A DNA stretch of 64,000 nt from IMG/VR virus record IMGVR_UViG_3300029989_000005. The stretch is one strand, 5' to 3'. Made by a program: the position numbers and the translations under genes. This document shows, piece after piece, positions 50,415 to 60,699 of this stretch. Position 1 is the stretch's first letter, and each line of letters starts with the position of its first letter. This DNA is from a virus. A model generated the notes under the pieces. That model did no database searches. It had not been told where the DNA came from and saw nothing but the letters and a program-made list of their open reading frames with translations.

Positions 50415-52037
50415 ATGGATAACGAATTATTAAAATCTATATTACCCGAAGACCTTTATCAAGAATTAGTTAACCTTGATAAAAACGTTGTGGAACTAGA
50501 TACCTGCAGGATTCCAAAAAATGGTGAACCTATTGATATATTACAAGGGTGTGTTCCTGTAATACCCAAATTCAACAATGTAAAAGATGTAAAAGGCATA
50601 AATGACATAATAAGTTCTATACTATCTGATTCACCGTTACTTAAAGATGTAAATTTAGACGAACAAAGGAAGAATTGTCTAGATATTATACAAACTGTAG
50701 CTTTAAACCTTTCAAAGGCAAGTTTAGATAGGTTGAATAAAAATCAATTAATACCTTTACAAAAAATATTGTTAAATTTAATAGAAATAACAATATACAA
50801 CACTATACTTGAAAAAAACAACAAATCACATCAATGTTTTAATTTATCTTTGAACTCTGATAATTATTACAGCCTTATTCCACGTATTAAAAATTATCAT
50901 TTACAATCAGGAATTAGGTCTTATGGCATACATGATATATTTGATGATATGATAAGGTCTGTAATTATTAAAAAGGAATATAAAACCACACAAAATACAA
51001 ATATATCTCATGTAATAAAATATTTTGTAGATTTAAACAAGTTGTCTGATAGTGATATAGGTGATGGAACTGTGGATATAAAAACTATAATATACACAAG
51101 GTTACTAACATTTAAAAATATTTTATTAGGTGTACTTGGTGAATTATACAAAACTGTCAATACTCCTTTACTACCACAACCACTAATTTATAATTTATCA
51201 TCGGGTATTATAAATACTTATTTTAATGGAAATATTTCTGAAATAACTAATAAAAAACTAATTTCGGGGATAAGTATAACGTTAAAGACAGATGATGAAA
51301 TAATTGAGTACTATAAATCTCTTAACACATCACTACAAAAAAACTTATCCGAATACTTTTCTATAATTGATATGTTTGATTTAGATCAAATCAAATATGA
51401 ACTAATATATGAATTATCAATTATTCCTTGTACAAGTTCAAATAAAGGATTTTATGAATCGGTAACAAATAACAAAGCTCAATATAAAGAAAATCTCAAG
51501 GATATTCCTATTAATTCAGATGAATACAATATATTCCTACCGACTTATTGGATGGTATGGACTACATATTTAAACTTAATATCATTGTTACCAAATCATT
51601 GGACTGTAGGATTTATAACACCCGTTGGTGCACCCGTTAAATTACCTATAATTTACATTCATTTGCTTACTATACCAATCGGAAGTACAAACATAGTAGT
51701 TTGGCTAACAATAAATGGTTTGGCTATAGCACCTGTTGTAATGGTAGTAGATGGTAAAACAAAATCAACTTGGGAAGTACTGTTTAGGGGTGGAAAGCAA
51801 CTAATAGAGGAGAGCCAAGGTTCTAAAACTGTACCAACAGGATTTAATTTACCTCAATATATAGGTGATTCACAAGCCGTTATTGACATTAATACTAACA
51901 TAACTGAAAGTGCACCAATGTTGGAAGATGCATTTCCACCAATGTATAGAATGTCACCGTTAAATCTTGTATTCTTAAAATTTCTTAATTCATGCTGTGA
52001 TAAAGGAAAAATATTCATGGGACTGATACCAATATAA
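50415..52037 (+). CDS. Hypothetical protein
   Basis: 540 aa ORF with a Pro/hydrophobic C-terminal region. Confidence 0.65.
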   Translation: MDNELLKSILPEDLYQELVNLDKNVVELDTCRIPKNGEPIDILQGCVPVIPKFNNVKDVKGINDIISSILSDSPLLKDVNLDEQRKNCLDIIQTVALNLSKASLDRLNKNQLIPLQKILLNLIEITIYNTILEKNNKSHQCFNLSLNSDNYYSLIPRIKNYHLQSGIRSYGIHDIFDDMIRSVIIKKEYKTTQNTNISHVIKYFVDLNKLSDSDIGDGTVDIKTIIYTRLLTFKNILLGVLGELYKTVNTPLLPQPLIYNLSSGIINTYFNGNISEITNKKLISGISITLKTDDEIIEYYKSLNTSLQKNLSEYFSIIDMFDLDQIKYELIYELSIIPCTSSNKGFYESVTNNKAQYKENLKDIPINSDEYNIFLPTYWMVWTTYLNLISLLPNHWTVGFITPVGAPVKLPIIYIHLLTIPIGSTNIVVWLTINGLAIAPVVMVVDGKTKSTWEVLFRGGKQLIEESQGSKTVPTGFNLPQYIGDSQAVIDINTNITESAPMLEDAFPPMYRMSPLNLVFLKFLNSCCDKGKIFMGLIPI

Positions 52038-52067
52038 ATAAATTAAAATAAATTAAAAATTAGAAAA

Positions 52068-52721
52068 ATGAAAAATCTAGCAAACAATTTTGTACTGTCA
52101 CGTGCAAAAATTAGCAATTCATCGATACAAGTTGGTGATTTGTACATTACACCTAATTTTGACGAAAACATATCTGATGAAATATTATCAGAGGTAGAAA
52201 GTATTGTCAGAAAAAACTTTACTAATGTAAGGCAATTAAACGGTAAATCTGTAAAGAATTTACGTCATTTATTTGAAGACAATGTTAAAACAACTCAATT
52301 TTTTATGGGTGCTCTGACATTATTGACGATAGATAAATGTAAATTTTATGTTGTTAACAACAAAACAGGTATACTAATGCCAACAATATCGGTTTTGGAA
52401 GTTCAATTTCCAACTGCTGAGGAGGAAAAAGTGGAAGCACCTGTTGTGGAAGCACCTGTTGTGGAAGAAGTGGAAGCACCTGTTGTGGAAGCACCTGTTG
52501 TGGAAGCACCTGTTGTGGAAGCACCTGTTGTGGAAGCACCTGTTGTGGAAGCACCTGTTGTGGAAGCACCTGTTGTGGAAGCACCTGTTGTGGAAGCAGT
52601 TAAGACAGAGGAAACCAAAGCACCTGTTGTAAAGCCCACAAAACCCACAAAAGTAGTTACTAAAAACGTTGCCGATGCTCAGAAGCAAAATGCAGCCAAA
52701 ATAGAAGAAAGCTTAAAGTAA
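52068..52721 (+). CDS. Hypothetical protein with VEAPV repeat linker
   Basis: Globular N-terminus plus low-complexity tail. Confidence 0.7.
   Translation: MKNLANNFVLSRAKISNSSIQVGDLYITPNFDENISDEILSEVESIVRKNFTNVRQLNGKSVKNLRHLFEDNVKTTQFFMGALTLLTIDKCKFYVVNNKTGILMPTISVLEVQFPTAEEEKVEAPVVEAPVVEEVEAPVVEAPVVEAPVVEAPVVEAPVVEAPVVEAPVVEAPVVEAVKTEETKAPVVKPTKPTKVVTKNVADAQKQNAAKIEESLK
52431..52598 (+). repeat. 15-bp tandem repeat, 10 perfect copies
   Basis: gtggaagcacctgtt x2, gtggaagaa, x8, then a partial copy. Confidence 0.95.
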
Positions 52722-52735
52722 AAACACAAATTTTG

Positions 52736-52778
52736 AACATAGATAAAGCCAAGGGTAACCCTTGGCTTTATCTATGTT
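52736..52778. terminator. 20-bp perfect hairpin
   Basis: aacatagataaagccaaggg-taa-cccttggctttatctatgtt. Confidence 0.65.
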
Positions 52779-52822
52779 TGACAATAAAAACTCATAATAA
52801 ATATAAAAATTAAAAGTTATAC

Positions 52823-53437
52823 ATGAAATATACTATCAAAACCACAGCAGAATTACTTGATATCACAAACCAATATAGTAAAAATAAGAATTTAGCTGTT
52901 GAGATTAAAGGGAGCAATTTGGTTATATATAAAACTAAAGTCATAAGGTTGTTTGGTATAGAACTTATAATTACCAAGACTTCATTAGCATCTGTTGAAA
53001 TATTACCATCTGTAAAAGATTATGATTATATAGAAACATATGTAAATTATGTTGGTCAGGAGATAATGAATAATAAATCAGGTAATAAAATTATTCTTGA
53101 TTTACTTAATATGTGTATGGGAAATTCCATTGAATCAAACGAGGTTTTAGGTCTTTTGCAGAAAAACGTATATTTCGGTGCACCATATGAGAAATGGAGA
53201 ATGATTGATGAACTTTCAGATAATTTATTTTACTATGTTGGTATAATGAGATTAGTAGGTACTAATTTCGAAGAGGTTATGGAAGCCAATATGGTTAAAC
53301 TGAAATCAAGATACCCTGACGGTAGGAAAAATTTGAATGTATTTGTGAATAAAAATAAGGAAAAAGAAAAAGAATTAATAAAAGAATTAATACAAAAAAA
53401 CGAAAAAAATGGAAAATCTGAAAACCCTGAAATTTAA
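52823..53437 (+). CDS. MazG-like (d)NTP pyrophosphohydrolase with N-terminal extension
   Basis: IESNEV...QK...DELSD-LFY...FEEVMEANMVKLKSRYP. Confidence 0.8.
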   Translation: MKYTIKTTAELLDITNQYSKNKNLAVEIKGSNLVIYKTKVIRLFGIELIITKTSLASVEILPSVKDYDYIETYVNYVGQEIMNNKSGNKIILDLLNMCMGNSIESNEVLGLLQKNVYFGAPYEKWRMIDELSDNLFYYVGIMRLVGTNFEEVMEANMVKLKSRYPDGRKNLNVFVNKNKEKEKELIKELIQKNEKNGKSENPEI

Positions 53438-54254
53438 TAAATTAAACGTTAAGAAATTTATTGAATATTTATCTAGTACTAATATTAAGGAAAAAGAAAT
53501 TATAGATTTTGAGAGTGACAGGTTGGTATGTAAATCACATGCAAAAATAAAAACCTATATTAAATTCGTTGAAATTGGTATTAATGATATATTCGAGGGG
53601 TTGGAGCAATACAAGCATATATATTTTCCAATAAACGACGTTAATAAATTAACAAAAGTATTTGAATTATACAACGCAAACGAATATAATTTTGTTGGTG
53701 GAGATATACAATACAGTGAGGATATAGATGGAAATTTCATAGCCCATATACTGAATATTAAATCTGGTAAATTAAAAAATAAATTGACCCTTGGTGAATT
53801 TAGTAATATTCAGTATATGAATACGAAGATATGGGACACAGTTATCTCAGAGGTATCAAATTCTTCTATGGTGTTTAATTTGTCAAGCTTGGACATAACC
53901 AATATTTTAAAACTGTTGGCGATAGATAAGGACACAGATCTTCTAAATAAAACGGGTGATTTCAACAAATTTACATTAAAATGTGTTGATGGTAATTTCG
54001 TAATTGCATCATATGAAAATAAATGGGAATATGCTGTTGGTGAGGTAGATGTAATGAGAGAGGAAAAAGAAATTCACTGCTTTGATATAATGATTAAACT
54101 ATTGGATAAATCTAATTCTCATAAAATAAGTATTTATAAATCCTCAAGAGGCATTTATATGTCATACATAGAGGAAATAAATTTGGAAAAAGAGGAAATT
54201 GAACGTGGAACAAAACCCAAAAAATACCTAGTAAGCTGTGATGTTGCAAAATAA
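53409..54254 (+). CDS. Probable sliding clamp (T4 gp45-like)
   Basis: 281 aa with a two-domain alpha/beta clamp-like pattern (DVNKLTKVF, FNLSSLDITNILKL). Confidence 0.45.
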   Translation: MENLKTLKFNKLNVKKFIEYLSSTNIKEKEIIDFESDRLVCKSHAKIKTYIKFVEIGINDIFEGLEQYKHIYFPINDVNKLTKVFELYNANEYNFVGGDIQYSEDIDGNFIAHILNIKSGKLKNKLTLGEFSNIQYMNTKIWDTVISEVSNSSMVFNLSSLDITNILKLLAIDKDTDLLNKTGDFNKFTLKCVDGNFVIASYENKWEYAVGEVDVMREEKEIHCFDIMIKLLDKSNSHKISIYKSSRGIYMSYIEEINLEKEEIERGTKPKKYLVSCDVAK

Positions 54255-54918
54255 CGATGAAATAGTTGAACAACCGAACGATGAATTAGATTCAGAGTTT
54301 GATGAATTAGATTCAGAGTTTGATGAATCATTTTTAGATATTGACGAAAACGTAGAATTTTCTGAGCAAACATCTGAATCTGATTATATTATTTCTACAC
54401 AAGCACCTATGTCATTTGCCATAGATGCTTGCGTAGAGGTTAATGAAGAATTATCAGACCCTGAGAATTATTATGGTAGTAAGTTTATTTATGAAAGAGT
54501 TGTAGGGTATTTAAAAGATATATCTAGCAAACATGAAAAATATGCTTATATACGAGATTTGTCAATAGAATTCATAGAAAGCGGTTCTTCTGTGTTATAT
54601 TTAAATGAATTATACGAGGTTCAATATGTTTTTAACGATAATACAGTATTGATTCACAACCATGGCAAGGATTCAATAAAGCTTATCGATAGAAATGACT
54701 TGCTTCCAAACGATAATTCATGCAAAAATATTACAAACAAAGACGTTAAATTTTTGTTTGATGAATTGATATCAAGATTTTCTGTTGACAAGGATACAAT
54801 ATATGATGTTTTTGTATCCTTTTCAAATTACATGAAAATAGATGTAAAGAAAATATTCAAGTCTTTGGATGATAAAACTCAAAATAAAATAGTTTTAGCA
54901 TTGAATAAGAGGACATAA
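54238..54918 (+). CDS. Acidic hypothetical protein; C-terminus weakly gp33-like
   Basis: DELDSEF x2 (21-bp repeat); helical end VFVSFSNYMKIDVKKIFKSLDDKTQNKI. Confidence 0.35.
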   Translation: MMLQNNDEIVEQPNDELDSEFDELDSEFDESFLDIDENVEFSEQTSESDYIISTQAPMSFAIDACVEVNEELSDPENYYGSKFIYERVVGYLKDISSKHEKYAYIRDLSIEFIESGSSVLYLNELYEVQYVFNDNTVLIHNHGKDSIKLIDRNDLLPNDNSCKNITNKDVKFLFDELISRFSVDKDTIYDVFVSFSNYMKIDVKKIFKSLDDKTQNKIVLALNKRT

Positions 54919-54940
54919 TTTTAGTAAAAGATTTTAAAAA

Positions 54941-55378
54941 ATGGGAAATCAAATCAAATTAATCGGTACAATAAAATTAAAATGCATAATAAACACATGT
55001 GAGGTTTCTGAATTTGATTACAATCCTCCTTTTTCGGATGAATTAAAAACATTGGGTGGTGTATTTAAGCCCATAGAATTTAAATTCGTTTTTAATAATT
55101 GCACACATGAAAAATTTGATAAGATTGAAGAGGTGTGTAATTATTATTATTCTCCACAAAAACATTATACATCGGGTCAAAGGAACTTGATTAAAAAAGT
55201 CGAGGTAGCTTTTGATGGCTGTGCAAATGATTTCATATTTAAAAAGGATGACGATGGTATGTCGTTTATAGATTTGAATGAGGTATGTGGTACACCAAAT
55301 TATATTTCTACTGTTCTTAAGAAGAATAAAATAAAAGTGATTAAAACGACATCAAGAAGGATTTATATTAGTAATTAA
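54941..55378 (+). CDS. Hypothetical protein
   Basis: 145 aa ORF. Confidence 0.6.
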   Translation: MGNQIKLIGTIKLKCIINTCEVSEFDYNPPFSDELKTLGGVFKPIEFKFVFNNCTHEKFDKIEEVCNYYYSPQKHYTSGQRNLIKKVEVAFDGCANDFIFKKDDDGMSFIDLNEVCGTPNYISTVLKKNKIKVIKTTSRRIYISN

Positions 55379-56901
55379 TCCAAAGTAAAGGACATTTTAC
55401 TAAATATTGACTCATTGTTTCCGTTAGTTGACTTTCCAATTACATAACATAAATTACCACTACCAATAGCATAAATTTGACTTGATGTGGATTCTTCTAT
55501 TACAAACAGCAATTGACCTTTTGACTTGTTGACTGATGAATTAACAGTTTCTTTAATTTCTATTCTACTTGCCGACTTGTTTGGGAATACAAGATAATAC
55601 ACAAGGCTGTTTGAAATTTCAATCAGTGCGTTTGATTCATCAATAAACGATAAAAGCAAGTTATTTTTAAGTGGTGCTATCTCTAATATTCCACCGTTAG
55701 TTTTCAATGACAATCTTTCAACATATTGATTAACTACAACTGTTTTTATTACCTCGTCAATTTGCTGTTGTATATTCCTCTGTGATTTTGAGATGTGATT
55801 GTAAACATCAAATTTAGTTAATGGTATATCAAGTTTTACAAGCCTATTGCTAAATCTGAATATTTCCTGAGTTGAAACAGATGATTCTATTGTAACACCC
55901 ATACCATCAACATTATTAATTAGCTGTACTGAATAATCTATTGATATTGATGATAGACTTGAATTTTGTATAACAGGCTTGAACTTATACAATCTTTGAT
56001 AATTTGAATTTTGTATTGTAGTATATTCATCAGTGATTATATATTCATCACCTATCTGCTCAATTACTTTAATAGTATGAATTAAATAAAAATTATTTCC
56101 TGGAATGGAATTTAGCTTAAAAATGAAATCCTCAATTTGATCATTATTATATTGTAACTGAAATTCGAAATAATCACCATCGATAGCTAATTGTACAAAT
56201 CCTGCCAAAGATGTATACTTGTTTTGAGTTATAAATTGGTTTGTGATTGTGTCAACCAACAAAAACTGATAAAAACCGTTGTTATAAACACCATTCTGAA
56301 TGAGTGAATATTCAAAATATAAAGAATTTTCGACTATTAATTTATCGTTGAAAATTGATAATATATCCTCGTTTTCAACATTCTGTAATTCTAACCAATA
56401 TTCAAGCGAAGGAATTTGTAGCTCTATATATTTATCAAATACAGCCTCTGATAATTTTATAGGCTTTGAATTATATTGTATTAGCTCAGCAAACTTTCTT
56501 AAATACACAAAATTGGCAAAGTACACCTTTTGACCCGATTTTGTATAAGTGAATACTTTCAGATTAAATCCATCATGACCAATAAAATTGAATCCTGATG
56601 CTATATTTATCCTTACAGTATTGTACTTCATAACAAAGGTATCAGATATACTAGGAATTATTTTGTGTATATCTGAATCAACTGTTAATAAATCATATAC
56701 ACCATCCTCGTTGAGTAAGGTTAGATTGTTAGAATTTTCTTCTGCAGTATACCTATCTTGATTTGGCTTTAATACTGTCTTTGAATTATCATGTAAATTT
56801 TCAACAACGAATAAGCCATTATTTACAGCATTTTCATTTGTTTCTGCATAATTGTATTCTAACAATACCTCGTCTTGTAATCTTATAACAGCTTTTGACA
56901 T
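55375..56901 (-). CDS. Probable virion structural protein
   Basis: Beta-rich 508 aa; VLLEY, YNTVRINIASGFNF, FDKYIELQIPSL; late-type upstream motif. Confidence 0.45.
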   Translation of the reverse strand: MSKAVIRLQDEVLLEYNYAETNENAVNNGLFVVENLHDNSKTVLKPNQDRYTAEENSNNLTLLNEDGVYDLLTVDSDIHKIIPSISDTFVMKYNTVRINIASGFNFIGHDGFNLKVFTYTKSGQKVYFANFVYLRKFAELIQYNSKPIKLSEAVFDKYIELQIPSLEYWLELQNVENEDILSIFNDKLIVENSLYFEYSLIQNGVYNNGFYQFLLVDTITNQFITQNKYTSLAGFVQLAIDGDYFEFQLQYNNDQIEDFIFKLNSIPGNNFYLIHTIKVIEQIGDEYIITDEYTTIQNSNYQRLYKFKPVIQNSSLSSISIDYSVQLINNVDGMGVTIESSVSTQEIFRFSNRLVKLDIPLTKFDVYNHISKSQRNIQQQIDEVIKTVVVNQYVERLSLKTNGGILEIAPLKNNLLLSFIDESNALIEISNSLVYYLVFPNKSASRIEIKETVNSSVNKSKGQLLFVIEESTSSQIYAIGSGNLCYVIGKSTNGNNESIFSKMSFTLD

Positions 56902-56994
56902 ATAGAATTTATTTTGTTTATTTAAATAACTTAAAATATAATATATAGTTGATTAATTAAAGGCAAATATATTATAAAAAACAAAAATTACTCT

Positions 56995-57831
56995 ATGTAT
57001 TCTGAAACACTGCTTGATCTTGATATGTATTTCTTAGTTCATTCATCTATTGACATATCAAGATTTAAAGATGAACGTAGGAGATTTGTACACTCAATAG
57101 ATTTGGCTGAGGGAACGGGTGGTGATTATTCAGTCATAAACATCTTTGAGGTTCTACCTATGACCATTGATGAAATAGGAAAAGTATCAATTATAGAAGA
57201 TGAATATTCTTTTTTTAAAATGGTTCAGGTTGCTATGTTCAGGTCAAATCAAGTAATAGTACCCGAATTAGCTAAATGGTATTATCATTGCTTAGTTGAG
57301 CTTTTTATACCCGATAACGTAAGGACATGTCTTGAAAATAATTATGATGGAAACTATTTTAGGGAAATTGTTATTAAATTATATGGTGAGGAGAATGAAA
57401 TAGATGGCGATTTACTTTTCTTACAATTTGCATACAATATGAAAGATGATCAATCTTATGCTGTGCGTGTTGGAATCAAGCAAAATGACCATACTAAAAA
57501 CTTGGGTACTACAATGATGAAAACCCAAATGAGGCAGACACAATTGGTATTAACAGAATTTATAACAATAGAGGAGGCATTATCATTTGCACGAAAAAAA
57601 TTAAAGAATGGTAATTTTGGTGGATATTGTGCAATGATTGGTAATGATGATTGTATAATGACCTCTGTAAATATCACACACGTAAGAAAATTACCTGAAT
57701 TTCAAGAGCTTGTGGATGATATTTCGCAATATTGCCCACAAGAATTTTGGAATGCTATATCTGATATAATGGGTAAAGTGCCTTTACAATCCGATGATTC
57801 AGGTGATCTAACATCAGTATTCAATAGATAG
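56995..57831 (+). CDS. terL: Terminase large subunit C-terminal RNase H-like nuclease domain as a separate gene
   Basis: SIDLAEGTGGDYSVINIF, QVAMFRSN, LENN, GNDDCIM correspond to gp17 nuclease motifs. Confidence 0.85.
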   Translation: MYSETLLDLDMYFLVHSSIDISRFKDERRRFVHSIDLAEGTGGDYSVINIFEVLPMTIDEIGKVSIIEDEYSFFKMVQVAMFRSNQVIVPELAKWYYHCLVELFIPDNVRTCLENNYDGNYFREIVIKLYGEENEIDGDLLFLQFAYNMKDDQSYAVRVGIKQNDHTKNLGTTMMKTQMRQTQLVLTEFITIEEALSFARKKLKNGNFGGYCAMIGNDDCIMTSVNITHVRKLPEFQELVDDISQYCPQEFWNAISDIMGKVPLQSDDSGDLTSVFNR

Positions 57832-57868
57832 TTTTAATAAATAAATAAAATTATTAAAACTAACGCAT

Positions 57869-59338
57869 ATGTCTGAACATAAAAGTCCTTATACAGGTGG
57901 ACAAGTAGATGAAATGTTGAACATGATCAATTTTTCATTATATCCTGCATTATCAAATATTGGACCGAATTTGGACAAGGATGGTAATGTAAACCTATCA
58001 AATCCAACAAATAGTATACCATCACAATTCAACGGAACTTTTACTGAATTCAAAAATGAATTCATGAAACTTATAAATAGAAGTTACCTTAAGGATTATT
58101 TCATCATAAATGAAGACAATACTGTAACCATCGACACATCAAAACTGTTTAGACAGAAAACTGATGAAGATTTGATGTTTCTTGATTATAGAGGTGACAG
58201 AATTTTCGGAATATCAAATGGGTATTTTATAATTTTTAATCAAGATGAACCTTTGCTTACAACGGGTTCAGAAGGTTTATTCATCAATAAATTAGAGGGT
58301 GTTATTCAATCAGCCGCAACACATATAGCCGTATTTGATACTAATAAATTGCTTGGTAAAATACCTGTAACATGGTTTGCTAAAGCAACAGATTTGGCAC
58401 TTACAAAGGAAATAGCTCAAGGTGCAACAGTGTCATATGCCTTTCATACTGTTGCTGAACTAGATAGTTGGATAGCGGGTACAGGTGGCGTACCGATAAA
58501 CGATTCAGATGCGTTACCTATTAACATGAAAGTTGGTACAAATTTGTTTATTATAAATGATTATGAAAGTGATTATTGGTGGGATGGTACAGGAAAGCAA
58601 GTATTATCGGGTGATAGTAGTGCATATCAAAGAGCAAATATAATGAGTATTTATGGAGGTGCGGCAAGAGATTACTCAGTAGTATTTGTACGACCCTTAC
58701 CATCTGCTAATTATATCATACAATTTTCAGCAGATGGCATGGATGCAAAGTTTAGAACTATATCCAAAACAACACTTGGGTTTACAGTTGAAATAACACC
58801 AAATGCTGCTTATAGTTATGACATTCCATCTGTATTTGAAAACTTGACAATATCAAGAAATGATTTTTATTCAGGCAACCCATATATTGAATTACCATTA
58901 CCTATTGGCAGCGATGCTAATTTTATGCATTTATTTACTATTAATCCTGATGGAACATTAACCGCCAAAAGAGATATAGTTGGAACGCTTAGCATATCAT
59001 TAAGTACTATAGAAAGTATTGCGGATGATACTTACCAATACGAACAAGATTTAAATTCAGCTGTTTTTTATGTTTTGGGTAAAACTTTGGTTTCAGGTAC
59101 GATAGTTAATGATCACAATACTTGGACATTAACTATACCCGCTCAAAGTTTTAGTATTAACATACCCGCTAATACTGTTGTGCCAATGAACCGATTTTTT
59201 ATACAGACTACTAGGCGTTTTGGTGGTCAAACAAATGAAGTAAATTGGGGTGTAAGCGGACTTGTTAATGCTGTTTTGTCTGATACTACACCTATTGAGT
59301 ATATAGCCAATTATTCTACTTGTAAGATTTCAATATAA
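57869..59338 (+). CDS. Probable tail fibre/virion appendage protein
   Basis: YTGGQVDE N-terminus, DYWWDGT, VVFVRPLPSANY...KTTLGFTV, beta-rich C-terminus. Confidence 0.5.
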   Translation: MSEHKSPYTGGQVDEMLNMINFSLYPALSNIGPNLDKDGNVNLSNPTNSIPSQFNGTFTEFKNEFMKLINRSYLKDYFIINEDNTVTIDTSKLFRQKTDEDLMFLDYRGDRIFGISNGYFIIFNQDEPLLTTGSEGLFINKLEGVIQSAATHIAVFDTNKLLGKIPVTWFAKATDLALTKEIAQGATVSYAFHTVAELDSWIAGTGGVPINDSDALPINMKVGTNLFIINDYESDYWWDGTGKQVLSGDSSAYQRANIMSIYGGAARDYSVVFVRPLPSANYIIQFSADGMDAKFRTISKTTLGFTVEITPNAAYSYDIPSVFENLTISRNDFYSGNPYIELPLPIGSDANFMHLFTINPDGTLTAKRDIVGTLSISLSTIESIADDTYQYEQDLNSAVFYVLGKTLVSGTIVNDHNTWTLTIPAQSFSINIPANTVVPMNRFFIQTTRRFGGQTNEVNWGVSGLVNAVLSDTTPIEYIANYSTCKISI

Positions 59339-59343
59339 TATAT

Positions 59344-60699
59344 TTATTCAGCAAAATCTCTCTTATTGCAATCTATATCCATCGTAATTATGTTCATACC
59401 TGTAAATATATATCTTATTTTTGTTGATATATAAAAACCACTAACAAACTTATCAACAACTATTTCTTTTTTTAATTTTTCATTATATTGTAGATCATTA
59501 TTTTCGTCATTTGGGTCGTTATGTAAAAATTGATCTACATCTCTGTTTTGTATGATTATTGGAATTTGCATGAAGCATCTAATGGCGGGGTTTATTGTAG
59601 TTAAACTTACTGATAGCTTATAATTAAGTAGAGAGGTTATATTTATCTCATTAAGCCCTTTAGCGGCAAAATAATTTTTATGAACGTTTATGTTGTTTTG
59701 CTCACCAAAATGCACAGTCTTTATTATTTCATTTATTATTTCATTTGTTTTATATTTTTCTTTACTTCCCTCAGTTAATAGAGGTTTTATATAAAATTCC
59801 TTGAATTCTTCATCGGTTTTTTCATACATTTGTAAATACAATTTACTACCTATGCTATTTATAGCACTACCTAAGCTATTTTTATTGTTGTAATCGGCTA
59901 TAAAATTGGTTCTACCGAAATCATCTATATTATGTAAGAAAAATTCCTCTAAAGTTCCATCATCCTCTTCACCATTCATAACATCACCAAGGGCTATTTC
60001 CTTTATTGACGTTATTTTTTGTAATTCTCCATCTGTAACTACCATTTTATTGATTTCTATTATATTAAGATAGTAAAACTGATCTATGAATACTTTAAAG
60101 AAAGAACTATCATCTTTATAAATTGATGGTATTATGTCATTTTGTATAAAATCTGATAATGATAATGACGGACAAACATGACACATTGAATCGTTGGTTG
60201 ACGTTTCATTTGATGCAAATCCTAATTTTAAATCTTTGGCTATTTTCTTTAATGTATCAAAGCTTGATAATTTACCATAACTTATTATCTTTTCATTGAA
60301 TAGATCAGGTAAATTTAAAACAGCCGTTATATAAACTATTGAATCAAACTTTGAAAAAGATGTAATCTTGTAATCTTGCCTTATTGGCTTGAAATCCTTA
60401 TTTTTACTTCTAACAAACAGTTTAACTATGGAATCAGTTACAGCCGCTTGATTTGATAATATTCTTTCATCATCTTTAATAGATATAGTTAACTTTGGCA
60501 AAAAATCTCCTACCTCTATTACAGAACTTGTTATTGAATAATGGTCGAAATATTTATCATTTATTTGTATTATAGGTGAGTACAAACCCAAAGCCATATT
60601 TGGGTTTGTACTGTTATATTCTTTCTTTTCCTCAGAATTTGGTACGGATAATTCAGAAAGCTCTATTTCAGGATTAAAAATTACTACAGCATCTATCAT
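59344..60699 (-). CDS. Probable baseplate hub protein (gp27-like)
   Basis: FLPKLTISIKD, LKKIAKDLKLGFASN, FIDQFYYLN, FVSGFYI---I-Y. Confidence 0.55.
   Translation of the reverse strand: MIDAVVIFNPEIELSELSVPNSEEKKEYNSTNPNMALGLYSPIIQINDKYFDHYSITSSVIEVGDFLPKLTISIKDDERILSNQAAVTDSIVKLFVRSKNKDFKPIRQDYKITSFSKFDSIVYITAVLNLPDLFNEKIISYGKLSSFDTLKKIAKDLKLGFASNETSTNDSMCHVCPSLSLSDFIQNDIIPSIYKDDSSFFKVFIDQFYYLNIIEINKMVVTDGELQKITSIKEIALGDVMNGEEDDGTLEEFFLHNIDDFGRTNFIADYNNKNSLGSAINSIGSKLYLQMYEKTDEEFKEFYIKPLLTEGSKEKYKTNEIINEIIKTVHFGEQNNINVHKNYFAAKGLNEINITSLLNYKLSVSLTTINPAIRCFMQIPIIIQNRDVDQFLHNDPNDENNDLQYNEKLKKEIVVDKFVSGFYISTKIRYIFTGMNIITMDIDCNKRDFAE

Noticed and set aside
52354-52688. Alternative-frame repeat ORFs (QQVLP, CFHNR, GASTT, KHLLW) and a CRISPR-like look
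   Set aside because: Shadows of the 15-bp coding tandem repeat; there are no spacers, so it is not a CRISPR array
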